A DNA stretch of 64,000 nucleotides. It comes from Callorhinchus milii. Taxonomy: Eukaryota. The notes under the pieces are model-generated. The model was not told where the DNA came from and made no database searches. It was given only the letters and a program-made list of their open reading frames with translations. Location: contig NW_024704742.1 in NCBI RefSeq assembly GCF_018977255.1, forward strand, positions 137,516,001-137,580,000, in the 5' to 3' direction. Shown here piece by piece: positions 48,773 to 60,700 of the stretch. The first letter of the stretch is position 1. Each line of letters starts with the position of its first letter. A program made the position numbers and the translations under genes.

Positions 48773-51700
48773 GTACGTACTTTCCAATCAGAAACCTGAC
48801 TGGCTTTAATTACTGCTTTACCTTTTACTGGAATAATTACAGAGTCATGTGACATCTGGAAATAAGATTCCTATCTTTAAACTGGACAGACCTGCCGCTG
48901 AGTGTCACTCACTGAGCCTCACAGTGCAAGCGTTTACTTGTTAACTCTGCCTCTGTTTCATTTCCCCAATTGCTCCCTGCTGCTTTTCAATCCCCATTGG
49001 AGCTCTCTACTCTAATCTCTTTCCTTACACTCTCCCCATCTTGTCTGTACAGTCGTTGACAGCTGGATCTCGTTCCACTTGGCTACTGTAATCCTGCAAT
49101 CCAAAGCCCCCGCGGGTAGAGTGGTCATAGCTCGACAAGCAGTGGGAAAGTTTGCCTGACCGTATTCTCAGTGGTTAGCATGAGTTAAACTCTATCAGTT
49201 ACCCAAATGCAGACTCTGGGGTCCCCAATACTTGGAGTTTGTCAACATAAGCATGATACATCCCTCTGGGGAGTGAGTATATGTTCCATTCCAGGCAAAC
49301 ATAAGTTTCTATGTACAGATGGAAACCTGAGTAGTTTGATTTGAAGCACAGTGATGGGTTTCCACTTGCTTCAGACACCTGGCTGACGACAAACGATGTA
49401 TTTTTATTGTACAGAAACAGCCCATCCAGTCCATCTGTTTTTCTCCACACAAGCCATGTAGTCTAATCCCTCTGTCCCGTCATTCCCCTCTTCCACACCC
49501 TTTAATATTCATCCTCTTAAATATCTATTAAAAAATGGCTCGGTGATGAGTTATCAGGAGACCCGAGTTTCCTTCTCTGTCCGGTCGCTCCTAATCTTTT
49601 CAGCTCTTGTGAAAAAGCCACTAATCTCTCAAATTTATCTTTGTAGCTGAAATCCTTGGTCTCCAGGGACATCCCAGTGAATCTAAGCTGCACTTTTCCC
49701 ATTGCTTTTATATTGCTTTTCTCACAGGAAAGCAAAGCTGTGATCTTTTTTATTGTCTTCTGATTCACATTACACCATGTGTGTCTTCACAGGGCTCAGT
49801 GAGAATAACTGGACGATGGAGACCCCCAATACAGTGACCGGCAGGTTAGGGTCACCGGTCACCGTGTACTGCAAGTTCACTCCCCCTCACCCCAGATACA
49901 CAGGGAACATCACCATCATGTGGAAGGCAGGAAGGAATGGTACTGTGTATATTAAATATACAAATTATGGGCCGGATTCACAGGGAAAGTACCAAAATGT
50001 CATTGATGTAAACGAGGGAGAGCGACACCGAGTGATTGGGAACACGAGGAAGAACGACGCCACAATAAAGATAAACCAACTGAGGGGAAAGGACAATAAT
50101 AAGCTGTTGTCCTGTTGTGTGGAGCTCCAGGGTGAGGACGGAAAGTATGAAATTGGCCCCAAAACACGTCTGATTGTTACAGGTGAGGAACGATGGGAAG
50201 TGGGAATGAGACGTGACATTCCTCACTGGGGCCGGAGTCAGTGGAGAGTGTCCCGTCCCAGGACGGGCAATAGAGAGCCAGTGTTGGACAGTGTGTAGCA
50301 GGGAGCTGACAGGTGACAGTGAGTGAGCAGCTGCAGGGAGGGAGGGCTGTGCTGTCACTGAGCACCTGGAGGCTGAGGTGGCCTCACTGTGGGGTTGTCT
50401 ATTTGCCAAGGCCCTTCACATGAGGACCTGTATTCAGCAGTGGGGGTGGGGTTGGGGGGACTGGTGTTAATGCAGGGACTGGTTCCAAAATGGCAGCCTT
50501 AGCACATTAGTATGCATTCAGTCTTCTGTGGTGGTCGCTGGTCTGGTTCCTCAGCCAGGCGGGTCGCAGTAATCCAGGCCACTGATGATTTGGCATCAGC
50601 CTAATTGGCAGGACTTGGAAGTGCAGACCAGTCACTGGGGGCAGGGAATCCTCCCATTCAGCTCATTATCTGCACTGGCCTCTCTGGACAAACTACAACT
50701 TGCTTTGATATAGCGTCCTTCACGCAGGGTAGCGTCCCAGAGCGCTTTGGGTTGCTACCTCCAGTTAAGGGCGCTATATAGGAAGCATAAACAGCAGGAA
50801 CCTTGCCAAACTGTACTGTCAAGGACAAACTATGCTGTGGAGTCCAGTAGCGTAGGGTTTAGAGCACTTGCCTCGCAAGCGAGAGGACCTGGGTTTGATT
50901 CCCACGTGGGATCAAATCATAGGCAACTTTCCTTCATCCACACGCCTCTGTTTACACAGCAGTAAGTAGGAACCTGGTTGTTATTTCATAACCATTGGGG
51001 CCTTAGAGTAAACTGACAGCAATACAATCACTGCACTTACAGTAATAAATATTAATAATCCTTGCATTTGATATAACACCTTATCACATCTTCTAGACAT
51101 CTCAAAGCGCTTTACAGAATACACTGTAAAGTGAATTGACTGTATATTTTGTGGGCGGAACATGACTGCCAATTTCTCACAGCAGTGTCCCACAACAGTC
51201 ATGGATTGAGTGACCAGTTTTTTTTAAAGGGATTAATACCAAGCAAATCAATCTGCCAATCGAAGAAAATATGGCTTCCTACTTACTGCTAGGTAAACAG
51301 AGGGGTGTGGAGTAAGAAAACTTGCCCAAGGTTTTCACCTATCCAGGAATCAAGCCCAGATCCTCCAGCTTGCGAGGCGAGTGCTCTTATCACTAAGGTG
51401 CAGGACTTACCAGTAAGAATATTATTGATGCTATAAAAATACCATGTTTTGTGTGTGAGACATTGTGCTGCCCACAGGCTCACACAGGGTGAGTGAGGAG
51501 CACAGGCCTGAGGGAGATGGTGCCATGAAGAGCAGGTAACATATCCAGGATTTCACAGTGTGTAACATTCTCTTTGACCGTGCCTTCAGCTCCCCTCTCG
51601 ACTCTCTTCCCCCTCCTCGCTCCCTCCCTTCCCTCCCCTCACCCTGACCATTTCCCCCCTCCTCGCTCCCTCCCTTCCCTCCCCTCACCCTGACCATTTC

Positions 51701-54700
51701 CCCCCTGCTCGGGTCATGACCCAACTGTGCAGCGCCTTGGGACGTCCTCCTGACGTGAAAGGCGTTTTATAAATGGAATCTTGTTGTTGTTGTTGTACTC
51801 TGTCACATTGACTGCTCTGCACTATTCCAATCCTGTTCCTGTCTCAGGTCATGAAGAGAAGCTCCGGTCAGTGACTGATACCAAGGGAGGTGATGCCACA
51901 CTGCCCTGCTCCTTCACCATCCCCAACAGATACCAGATTCGTGCCACAGTCACAGTGCTTTGGAGGAGAGGGAGGCCACATGGGCAGCTGGTGTTTAATT
52001 ACACTCTTGGCCTCACCGCCCGCACCAACTCCAGGGAGTCAGAGACAGTGAATGAAGGAAATCGCTACAAGCTGGTCAGGAATGTGGGAGATGGAGACGC
52101 TTCCCTGAAGATCAGGGGCCTGGAGTTAAACGACACCGGACGGTATTTCTGTCACGTACACGTCATGTTTATAAGTAAAGGATCCCAACTGGACCAGGTG
52201 ACACAGGACATGTCAGAGCTGCAGGTTGTTGGTAAGAAATCTCTTGTCTCTGTGGGATGAGGCTCGTCTCATTCCTTATCCCATTCCTCATGTGCTCCAC
52301 CCCCCCCCACCCGCACTCCACCACCATCTCAATATCAGGCTGCTTTTTTAATGTGTCCAGTATCCTGGCCTGTACCACCCTTCCTGGCGACCTTGTTCCA
52401 ATCATTGATTACCCTCTGAGTGAAGAAAAACTTGGCATTTGCGACTCCAAACCTGTGTCCTCTTCTATGCTATTGTTGTATTCTAAATTATTGATTTAAA
52501 TTTACTGTTTTCAATCCCTTTAAACCTGGTAAAACTCCAGCAGTTTTCCCAATGCACACTCTGGGCTCCCCAAACACTGACCTTTGCGTGTGGCCCTCCT
52601 GGGAGAGAGTGCACATCCCATACTGTTCAAACAGAACTGTAACGTGAATGCAACTCTCAGCCATTTGGTTTGGAGACTCCCAAGTATCACAATATCAGAT
52701 GTTCTGCTCATCATAAACCCTCCTTCAATCACAGGCCATGTCCTCTGATTTTACTAATAAGAATTAATAAGAGAACATTAGGTAGTTAATCGTTTGGTGG
52801 ATCATTTTCTGGGGGTGATAATCCCTCCAAATAATAAATAAAATAAAAATAATTTGGTTACTCAATCCATGACTCTTTGTGGGACACTTGTGTGCCCAAT
52901 TGGCTGCCACATTTCACCCACAAAATACAGTCAATTCACTTAACAGTGCATTCTGTGACAAAAACAGAGAGAGGAAAGTGAGTCAACGACCCTTTGTCAG
53001 AACTGGGAGGAAAGAGATGTGGATGTGGAAAATGGGTTTCAGTGAACGCATAATCAAACACAAAAGGGAAACCGATAGTAAGGAGGGGGAGCAGGGTAAA
53101 AGGGAGGAACAAAAGTCATGTCGAAGAGAAGCTTGAGAACAAATGGGCTGAAGGGTTTTCTTCACATGAACCTTGTGAATCCTGTGATTATTATCTAATA
53201 CATCAAAAACGGATGATTTGCATATTTGATATGTACATATTTCTTATTGACCGCTATCTAAAGAAACTCTACAAAATAGATCTGAATATTTATGGCTCAC
53301 AGGAACATAGGAACAGGAGGAGGCCATTCAGCCGATTCGAGTCTGTTGTGCCATTTAAACCTTATCAAATGTCTCCTGAAAGTCCATATAAATGACACCC
53401 AATAGACACTCTCTTATCCACCATTTTAGTGACCTCCTCAAAAAATTCAACTCAATTAGTCAGACGCGACCTACCCTTCACAAACCCACGCTGACTCTCT
53501 TTGACGAGCTCATACCTGTCCAAATGTTCAGTCACTCTGTCCCTGGTAATGGATTCCAGTACTTTCCCTACAACTGGCATTATACTGACAGGTCTGTAAT
53601 TTGCTGGTTTTTCCCTCCCCCCCTTCTTAAATAAAGGGGTGCCATTGCAATTTTCCAAATTAACAGTACAATTCCCGAATCTAGTGAGATTTGGAAAATT
53701 ATGATGAATGTATCTTCAATTTCCTCTCCTATTACGGGAACTCCCTCCTCGTCGGCCTTCGCAACTCTTCCCTTCACAATCTGCAGATCATCCAAAACTC
53801 TGCAGTTCATGTATTCTCACGCACCAGTCTCCGTGACCCCATCACTCCCACCCTCGCCCGACTCCACTGGCTCCTCATCCCCCAGTTCAAGATCCTTATC
53901 CTCACCTTTAAGGCCATCCATGGCCTTGCCCCCTCCTACCTCTCTGACCTGCTGACTCCCTACCAACCTGCCCACTCCCTCCGCTCATCAGGCTCCGGCT
54001 GCTCCATGTCTCCAGCCCGACCCGCTCTACCATGGCCGGACTTTCAGCCTCTCTGCCCCCACACTCTGGAACACCATCCCACGGTCCCTTGGCCTCACTT
54101 CCTCCATTGCCTCCTTCAAGGCCGGTCTCTTCGACCATGTCTTTGGTCTCCCCCCCACCTCTCTGCCTTCCCTCACCCCTACACCACCATTCCCCTGACA
54201 CCTGACCTATCAGAGGTGCCCTAACACCTGACCTATCAGAGCTTTGGGACGTCCTCCTGACATGAAAGGCTCTCTATAAATGTAATTTTGCTGTTGTTAT
54301 TGCTGTGTTACCATTATCCCTTTCTAGTTTCTTATCCACTTACTTTTTAGGATTATTTAGATATATATTTTTTAAATTTACGAGGCTTTACCTTTGGCAT
54401 TGATTTATTTTTAGTTATTTTCCCTTAATCTATTTTACCATTAGCAATTTCAGGATAAATAGCAAACAAGTAATTTCACACCTTTTGTCCCTTCCTCGCA
54501 CTCCTCAATACTTAACAGCTACTTCCTCAGGAGTATTACCATTGGTCTGGGTGATCCTGTGTCTAGACCAACTGAAACTTCCTTCTTTTACACTTGACTT
54601 CACTCTGCGATCTCCTGCAGGCCCCGAAGAGGATCCCCCACTGAGCTCTCTTGCTGGTTCTGCTTCTCCTTTACAAGGAGATCAAAACAAGTTCTCACCT

Positions 54701-57700
54701 GCATCTCTTTCCTTATCTGCACTGAATTCCCACTCTCACCAAATTCCTTAACAGAATTCTTACTATGTTCCAACTCACTCAGTTCTCTCCTCACACTGCT
54801 GGGCTCTCTGCTCAAGTTATGTTAGCAAAATTACAGGCTATGGGGATTAAGGGAACAGTGGCAGCCTAGATCCGAAAATTGGTTGAGAGACAGAAAGCAG
54901 AGGTTAGTGGTGAATGGTTGTTTTTTAGACTGGAGAGAGGTATACAGTGGTATCCCCCAGTTGTCGTTATTAGGACTATTGCTCTTGTTAATATGTTAAT
55001 ATATAATAAGGAGAAACTGTTTCACTCGGCAGGTGGGTCAGTAACCAGAGAACACAGATTTAAGGTAATTGGGAAAAGAACCAGAGTGGAGACGATGAGT
55101 ACATTTTTTTACCCAGAGAGTTCTTTACAGTCTGCAATGCACTGCCTGAAAGGGTAGTAGAAGCAGATTCGATAATAGCTTTCAAAAGTAAATTGGATAG
55201 GTCTTCAAAACGGAAAAAAATTGCAGCTCTATGGGATAAGAGTGCGGAAGTGGGACTAGTTGATTGCTCAGTGGAATCCTGTGCGTTAGAGTATTTGTCT
55301 TGCAAGCAAGAGGACCTGGGTTCGATTCCTGGGCAGGGCGAAACATGATGCACGGACACGATGGGCTGAATGGCCTTCTTCTGTGCTGTAAGATTCTATG
55401 ATATTAAAAAGGAATTTCAATAAGCAGGGAAAGGGATTAGAGGAGAGAGCTCCAGCAGATACCATGGGGAGAGAGCAGGGAATGGGGTTAGAGTAGAGAG
55501 CTACAGTGAGGAGTGAGCACCAGCACAAACACGATGGGGAAAGTTGTTTGGTTAGAATAACTCTGTGTTTCTTTATACTTGAAGCTCCGGCTGTCATCCT
55601 GAGTCTGTCCCTCGTGGCCGGTGTTGAAGTCGGAGTTGACATCGTGTGCACGGCTGAGGGGGAACCACCGGCCAACATCACATGGATCGACCCCAAGAAT
55701 AACACGCTGCCCATTAACACCAGCCACACGCCAGTCACACACGTACCGGACAAGCATCTAACCGTGGGGGAGATCCGGGGCCCGAGGCTGAGGGGAACTT
55801 ATCGCTGTATAGCTGAGAACACACAGGGCAGAGACGCCAGAGACATCCTCGCACCTGGATCACAGTGTGATGGGAACAGACAGAGTGATGGCGACGGACA
55901 CAGTGACGGAGGCAGACACAGTGACGGGGGCATACTGCATGGTGTAGACAGTATGTTGTATGTCGGCATCTCCATTGTGGTGCTCCTCATTCTGGTGACT
56001 GCCATTATCTGGGGGGTAAAGAGAGGTAGGTGTTTACACACAAAGGTGGTGATTATTCCGAGTGAGTCTGGCTCAGCCGCTCGCACTTCTCTACTCCGGA
56101 CTCGGCAAATAATCTGCTGCTGTTACTTACTACCATAACAACATTTACTTTTAATTATTACGCAACGCTGTGTATCTGCACACCGGATAACCGCATGGCC
56201 ACAAGACCTGATAACCAGATTCTCAGGTCCGGATAACCACATGCTAAATATTCCCTGTGACATTATCTACACGCCAGATATCCTACTATTACCTTATTCA
56301 CAGCACAGTCCGATTACATATTGATTGTTAGAGAGAGATGAGCCCCTACAACAACAACAACTTGGATTTATATAGAGCCCTCCACGCTGGACGGAGTCTC
56401 AGAGCTTCATAGTAACGGATCCCGGGGCCGAGTCAGAGGGAGGGGGGGGGGGGGGGGGGAGGTGATCAATGGCGCGGTCGAAAAGAAAGGTCTTCAGCCG
56501 AGACCTGAAAATAAGAAGAGAGGGAGCGAGAGACACCCGCACAGACACAGTGGGAGAGAGCAGGGACTGGGATTAGAGTAGAGTAGAGAGCTCCAGTGGG
56601 GGAGCGAGCACCAGCACAGACACAGTGGGAGAGAGCAGGGACTGGGATTAGAGTAGAGAGCTCCAGTGGGGGAGCGAGCACCAGCACAGACACAGTGGGA
56701 GAGAGCAGGGATGGGATTAGGGTAGAGAGCTCCAGTGGGGGAGCGAACACCAGCACAGACACAGTGGAGTAAATGGATTCTTTTGATGGTGATATGAGCC
56801 TGGCTTCCTACTTCAGTAATCATGGTTACACCACACAACAGGAAGAGGAGATTCCCACATGTCTTTCCCTCTGCGGGTCTAGCCTTGAGCTAGGATTATT
56901 CTCCTTGGAGAAGAGAAGTTAAGGGGAGACTTAATAGAAGTTTTCAAAATTATGAGGAGAAGTAAAATAGTTATTAAAAGAAACAGAGGGGAGGTGAGGA
57001 GAAATGTTTTCACACAGCGAGCTGTTGGAATCTGGAATCCATTGACTGAAAGGGTGGTGGAAGCCGATTTGCTAACAAGTTTTAAGAGAGATGTAGATAA
57101 TTATTTGGGGAGAAGTTTGCAGGGTTATAGGGAGAGAGCAGGGGAGTGGGATTGAATTTGATAGCTCTTTTCAAAGAGGTGGTATGGACACAATGGGATG
57201 AATGGCCTTCTTCTGTGCTGTATAATTCTATGATTCTATGATTTCACTGGAATAACGTGTGCACTAACCAACGTCATCAGCAAATCATCTAAAGCAATCT
57301 CTCACCTTTCTTTGGTCTCTTCAGATTGCGGTACCAGACATTCCCTTCAGCTTTCAGAGAGGTGAGAGTGCCTTTCTAATCTCTTTATTTTTACATCCAC
57401 TTTCAAGTTCCTAATTGCTGTTGAACACCATGATTGGCAAGCTTCCTGCTGCTTGTCCAGCTAGGACCATTAGGGCTTTGGCTTGCAGGGTTAACAGGAG
57501 CTGAATGGGAGGATTCCCTGCCCCCAACTCTAGCCGATGAGCCAGGCTGTGCTGTCATTAGCAGTGCCCTACAATATTGTGGACTCAGCTGGCTCAGGAA
57601 CTGGATTAGAAGGTGGGCTCGAGTCCAGTATTCAGTTGCCAAGCATGTCACCTTGGAGCCAGCCAAGCCCAAGGAGACACCGTGTACCTTTGCCACCCCC

Positions 57701-60700
57701 TCACTCCCAAATGACCAACTCGTGTCTCCTCTGTGGGGGTGTTAAGTGGGTCTCCTCAGGGCTGAGCTGGCTCCAGGGCAACATTTTTGGTAACAGAATT
57801 TCATTTTATTTGTGAGGTATCACACGACACCTGGAACTCTCATATAAATCCCTCGGCCTCGCTCTTGGACTTTCAAAATCTAGGTAATGAATGCGCTTTC
57901 TCCCATTCAACTCGGACTTCTACTGCTTCTCTCTGAAGAGATGAGGGAAGATCTCTGACATGAAGGATGCTATATAAGTGCAAGCGGCTGTTCTTGATTC
58001 CCTCCTGCACCTCATCTGTTTTTATATCCTTCCTGAAACGCGCTACCCAGGACTGCACACAATGCTGTGGCCAAACTGAGGCGTGGACCCTTCAGAGAAG
58101 AGGGTTTCTCCCGGCCCCCTGGCCACCAATACCCTCACAACAACAACTTGCACTTATATAGCATTCTCCACGCTGGTTAGTATCTCAGAGCACTTATCAG
58201 TGGCCTCTATAAAATGTACAATATAAAAAGTTTTCTCTTTTTTTTAGTCATCAAGTGGATTTGAGTGTTGAAAACGACATGGTCCGACCTCAGCCGCCTG
58301 CAGGAGACGGTAACTGTCCTGTCTCGATTAGCGATGCCACAATTTTCACCCTGTGCTTTCAATATCCGGTCACTGGGTCTCAGTCGAGCTCAGTCAGTGA
58401 CCATCTCACCTCTGGCTCTGGGTGTCTTCACACAGAGAAACCCATCACTGTGCTTCAGAGCATCCAAACCAGACTGAGAATTCCACCCATGTAAGTCACC
58501 TACACGTGGAAATTTCCATATATGGAATGGCTCACTCTCTCCGTCTCCACGGAGAGACTCATCCTGCTTACCTCATTTCAGAAAATTTTCAGCGCTCAGT
58601 GGCGAGAACCAAGTCATCGAGATAACTGCTGGAGTACAACCAGCTGAAACCACATAGCTTGCCATTGAAAGCATTAGATAATAAGCTTCCTGCTGCTTGT
58701 CCAGCTGGGACCATCCTCCCAGAGAGTGCCATATATCTGTCACCCAACAGGAGCTGAGTGGAAAGAATCCCTGTGCCCATCGGGATGTTAAAGATCCTGT
58801 GACACTGTCAAAAAAAAGCAGTTCCTTCCAATGTCCTGGATGACAATTGGTCTCTCACATCACTGTGTGCAAAATACACCTGCCAAGTCACCAATAATAT
58901 TTGGAAAAGAAAAATATGAAAGTAAATGGGCAAAGGGGAGTGGGTCTAAAGGGAGAGCCTTTCAGAGCCAAATGGTCTCCAACTGGGTATAAATGTTTTG
59001 ATTGTATAAACGGGGCTGTAGTGAGAGGGGAGCCTCAGAGCTCTATCATGGGACGGCTGGGAGGGCACCTTATACACTCTGCCGCTGCTGCCCAGTGACA
59101 CGGTAGATTGCAGCAAAAGGGAAGCTGAAGAGAGCTGGAAAACTGAACTGACTGTTGTGTCTCGAACAGATGAAGCAGCTGTAATATACAGTGAGGTTAC
59201 CCCAGTATCGGCCCGGCAAAGAGATTCAGGTAAGAAACGTATCACGCGGGGACGGAGCCGACATCATCTCACCTCTCAGCCGACAGGCATCTGCCTTCCC
59301 TTTACAACAACAACAACTTGGATTTATATAGCGTCCTCCAATGCCGGACGGCATCTCAGTCTGATTGTCTTTACTGGCTCAGGTGGCAGTACTCTCACCT
59401 CTCGGTTGTGGGTCCGTCCACTTACATAATGTAAGCTTAGACTCCAGTGCAGTGCTGGTGGAGCAGTGCATTATCGGAGTCCATGAGATGAGGTCCCATC
59501 TGTGTCTGTTGAGGTGGATGTTAAAGATCCTGTTGGAAAACAAAAGGGAGCTTTCCCTGTGTCCACATAAAATTGGTTCCTCATTTAACAGTTGTCTATG
59601 GGATGCTGCTGGGTGCAAATTGTCTGTTGTGCTTACTTCACAGTGAATCCTGTGACATGTTTTGATATATTTTGCTGTGAAAAATCTGAAAGCCAATGCA
59701 AGAAGGGGAATGGGACTAAAAGGAGAGCCTTTCAGAGCCTCACAGGGCAACAGCCAAATGCGCTCAAACTGGGTATAAATGATCTAATTGGATAATTGGG
59801 GCTGCAGTGAGAAGGGAGCCTCAGGGCTCTGTCATGGGATGGCTGAGAGGAAACCTTATAGAGGCTCCGGCCCCAGTAGATAGTGGAAAAGAGGAAGCTG
59901 AAGAGAGCTGGAGAAAGAGCTGACTGTTGTGTCTCTGACAGACGAAGCTGCTGTGATCTGCAGTGTGGTTCCCCCAGCACCGGCCCGGCAAACAGATTCA
60001 GGTAAGAAACGTATCACACGGGGACGGAGCCGGCATTGTCTCGCCTCTCAGCCGACAGGATCTGCCTTCGCTGTCCTGTCCGGGGTTAACCATCGGCCTG
60101 GCTTACTTGGAAGCACTCTTACCTCTCAGTCAGAAGGTTGTGGTTTCAAGCCCCACATTGGGTCTTTTACTGACATAATCTAGGCTGCCTGGTGCAGGAG
60201 GAACACTGCATTGTCGTAGGTGTTGTCCATCAGATGAGACATTAAACTGAAGTCCCATCTGTCCCTGTTCAGGTGGATGATAAATAGCCTGTGGCTCTAT
60301 TGGAAAAGAGGAGGGAGTTTCTCTGGGTGTCCAGATTAAATTGGTTATTCACTTCATGGTTGTTTGTGGGTCCAAATTGGCAGCCGCATTGACCAACAAA
60401 TATACAGTCACCACAGAACACAGTGAATCCTGTAAAGTGCTATTAGACACGCTTTGATATGTTTTGATGACGTGATAGCACCACTCTGAAGTGTCCTCCA
60501 AATGTGAAATCAATTCAAATTGTTGTTGCTGTTGTTGTTACATTAAGTGACACGATTAATATCCAGTTCAGCACTGACCTCACAGACCCCTACCCCGGGG
60601 GCCTTCGAGCTCACACAGTCCAGGCTGGCAGTCCGGTGCGGTACTGGGAGGAGCGCTGCATTGTGAGAAGTGCTGTTCTTTGATTGCAATATTAAACCAA

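Larger units (their letters stand above)
58910..60070 (+). repeat. Tandem duplication of an intron-exon-intron cassette, period 772 nt
   Basis: 58910-59300 aligns with 59680-60070, including the 60-nt exon. Confidence 0.92.

Noticed and set aside
58436-58490. Extra cytoplasmic exon with a perfect gtaagt donor ([18 protein letters not shown])
   Set aside because: It lies inside the unclassified repeat, and its phases do not fit between the flanking phase-1 exons; at most a rare exonization.
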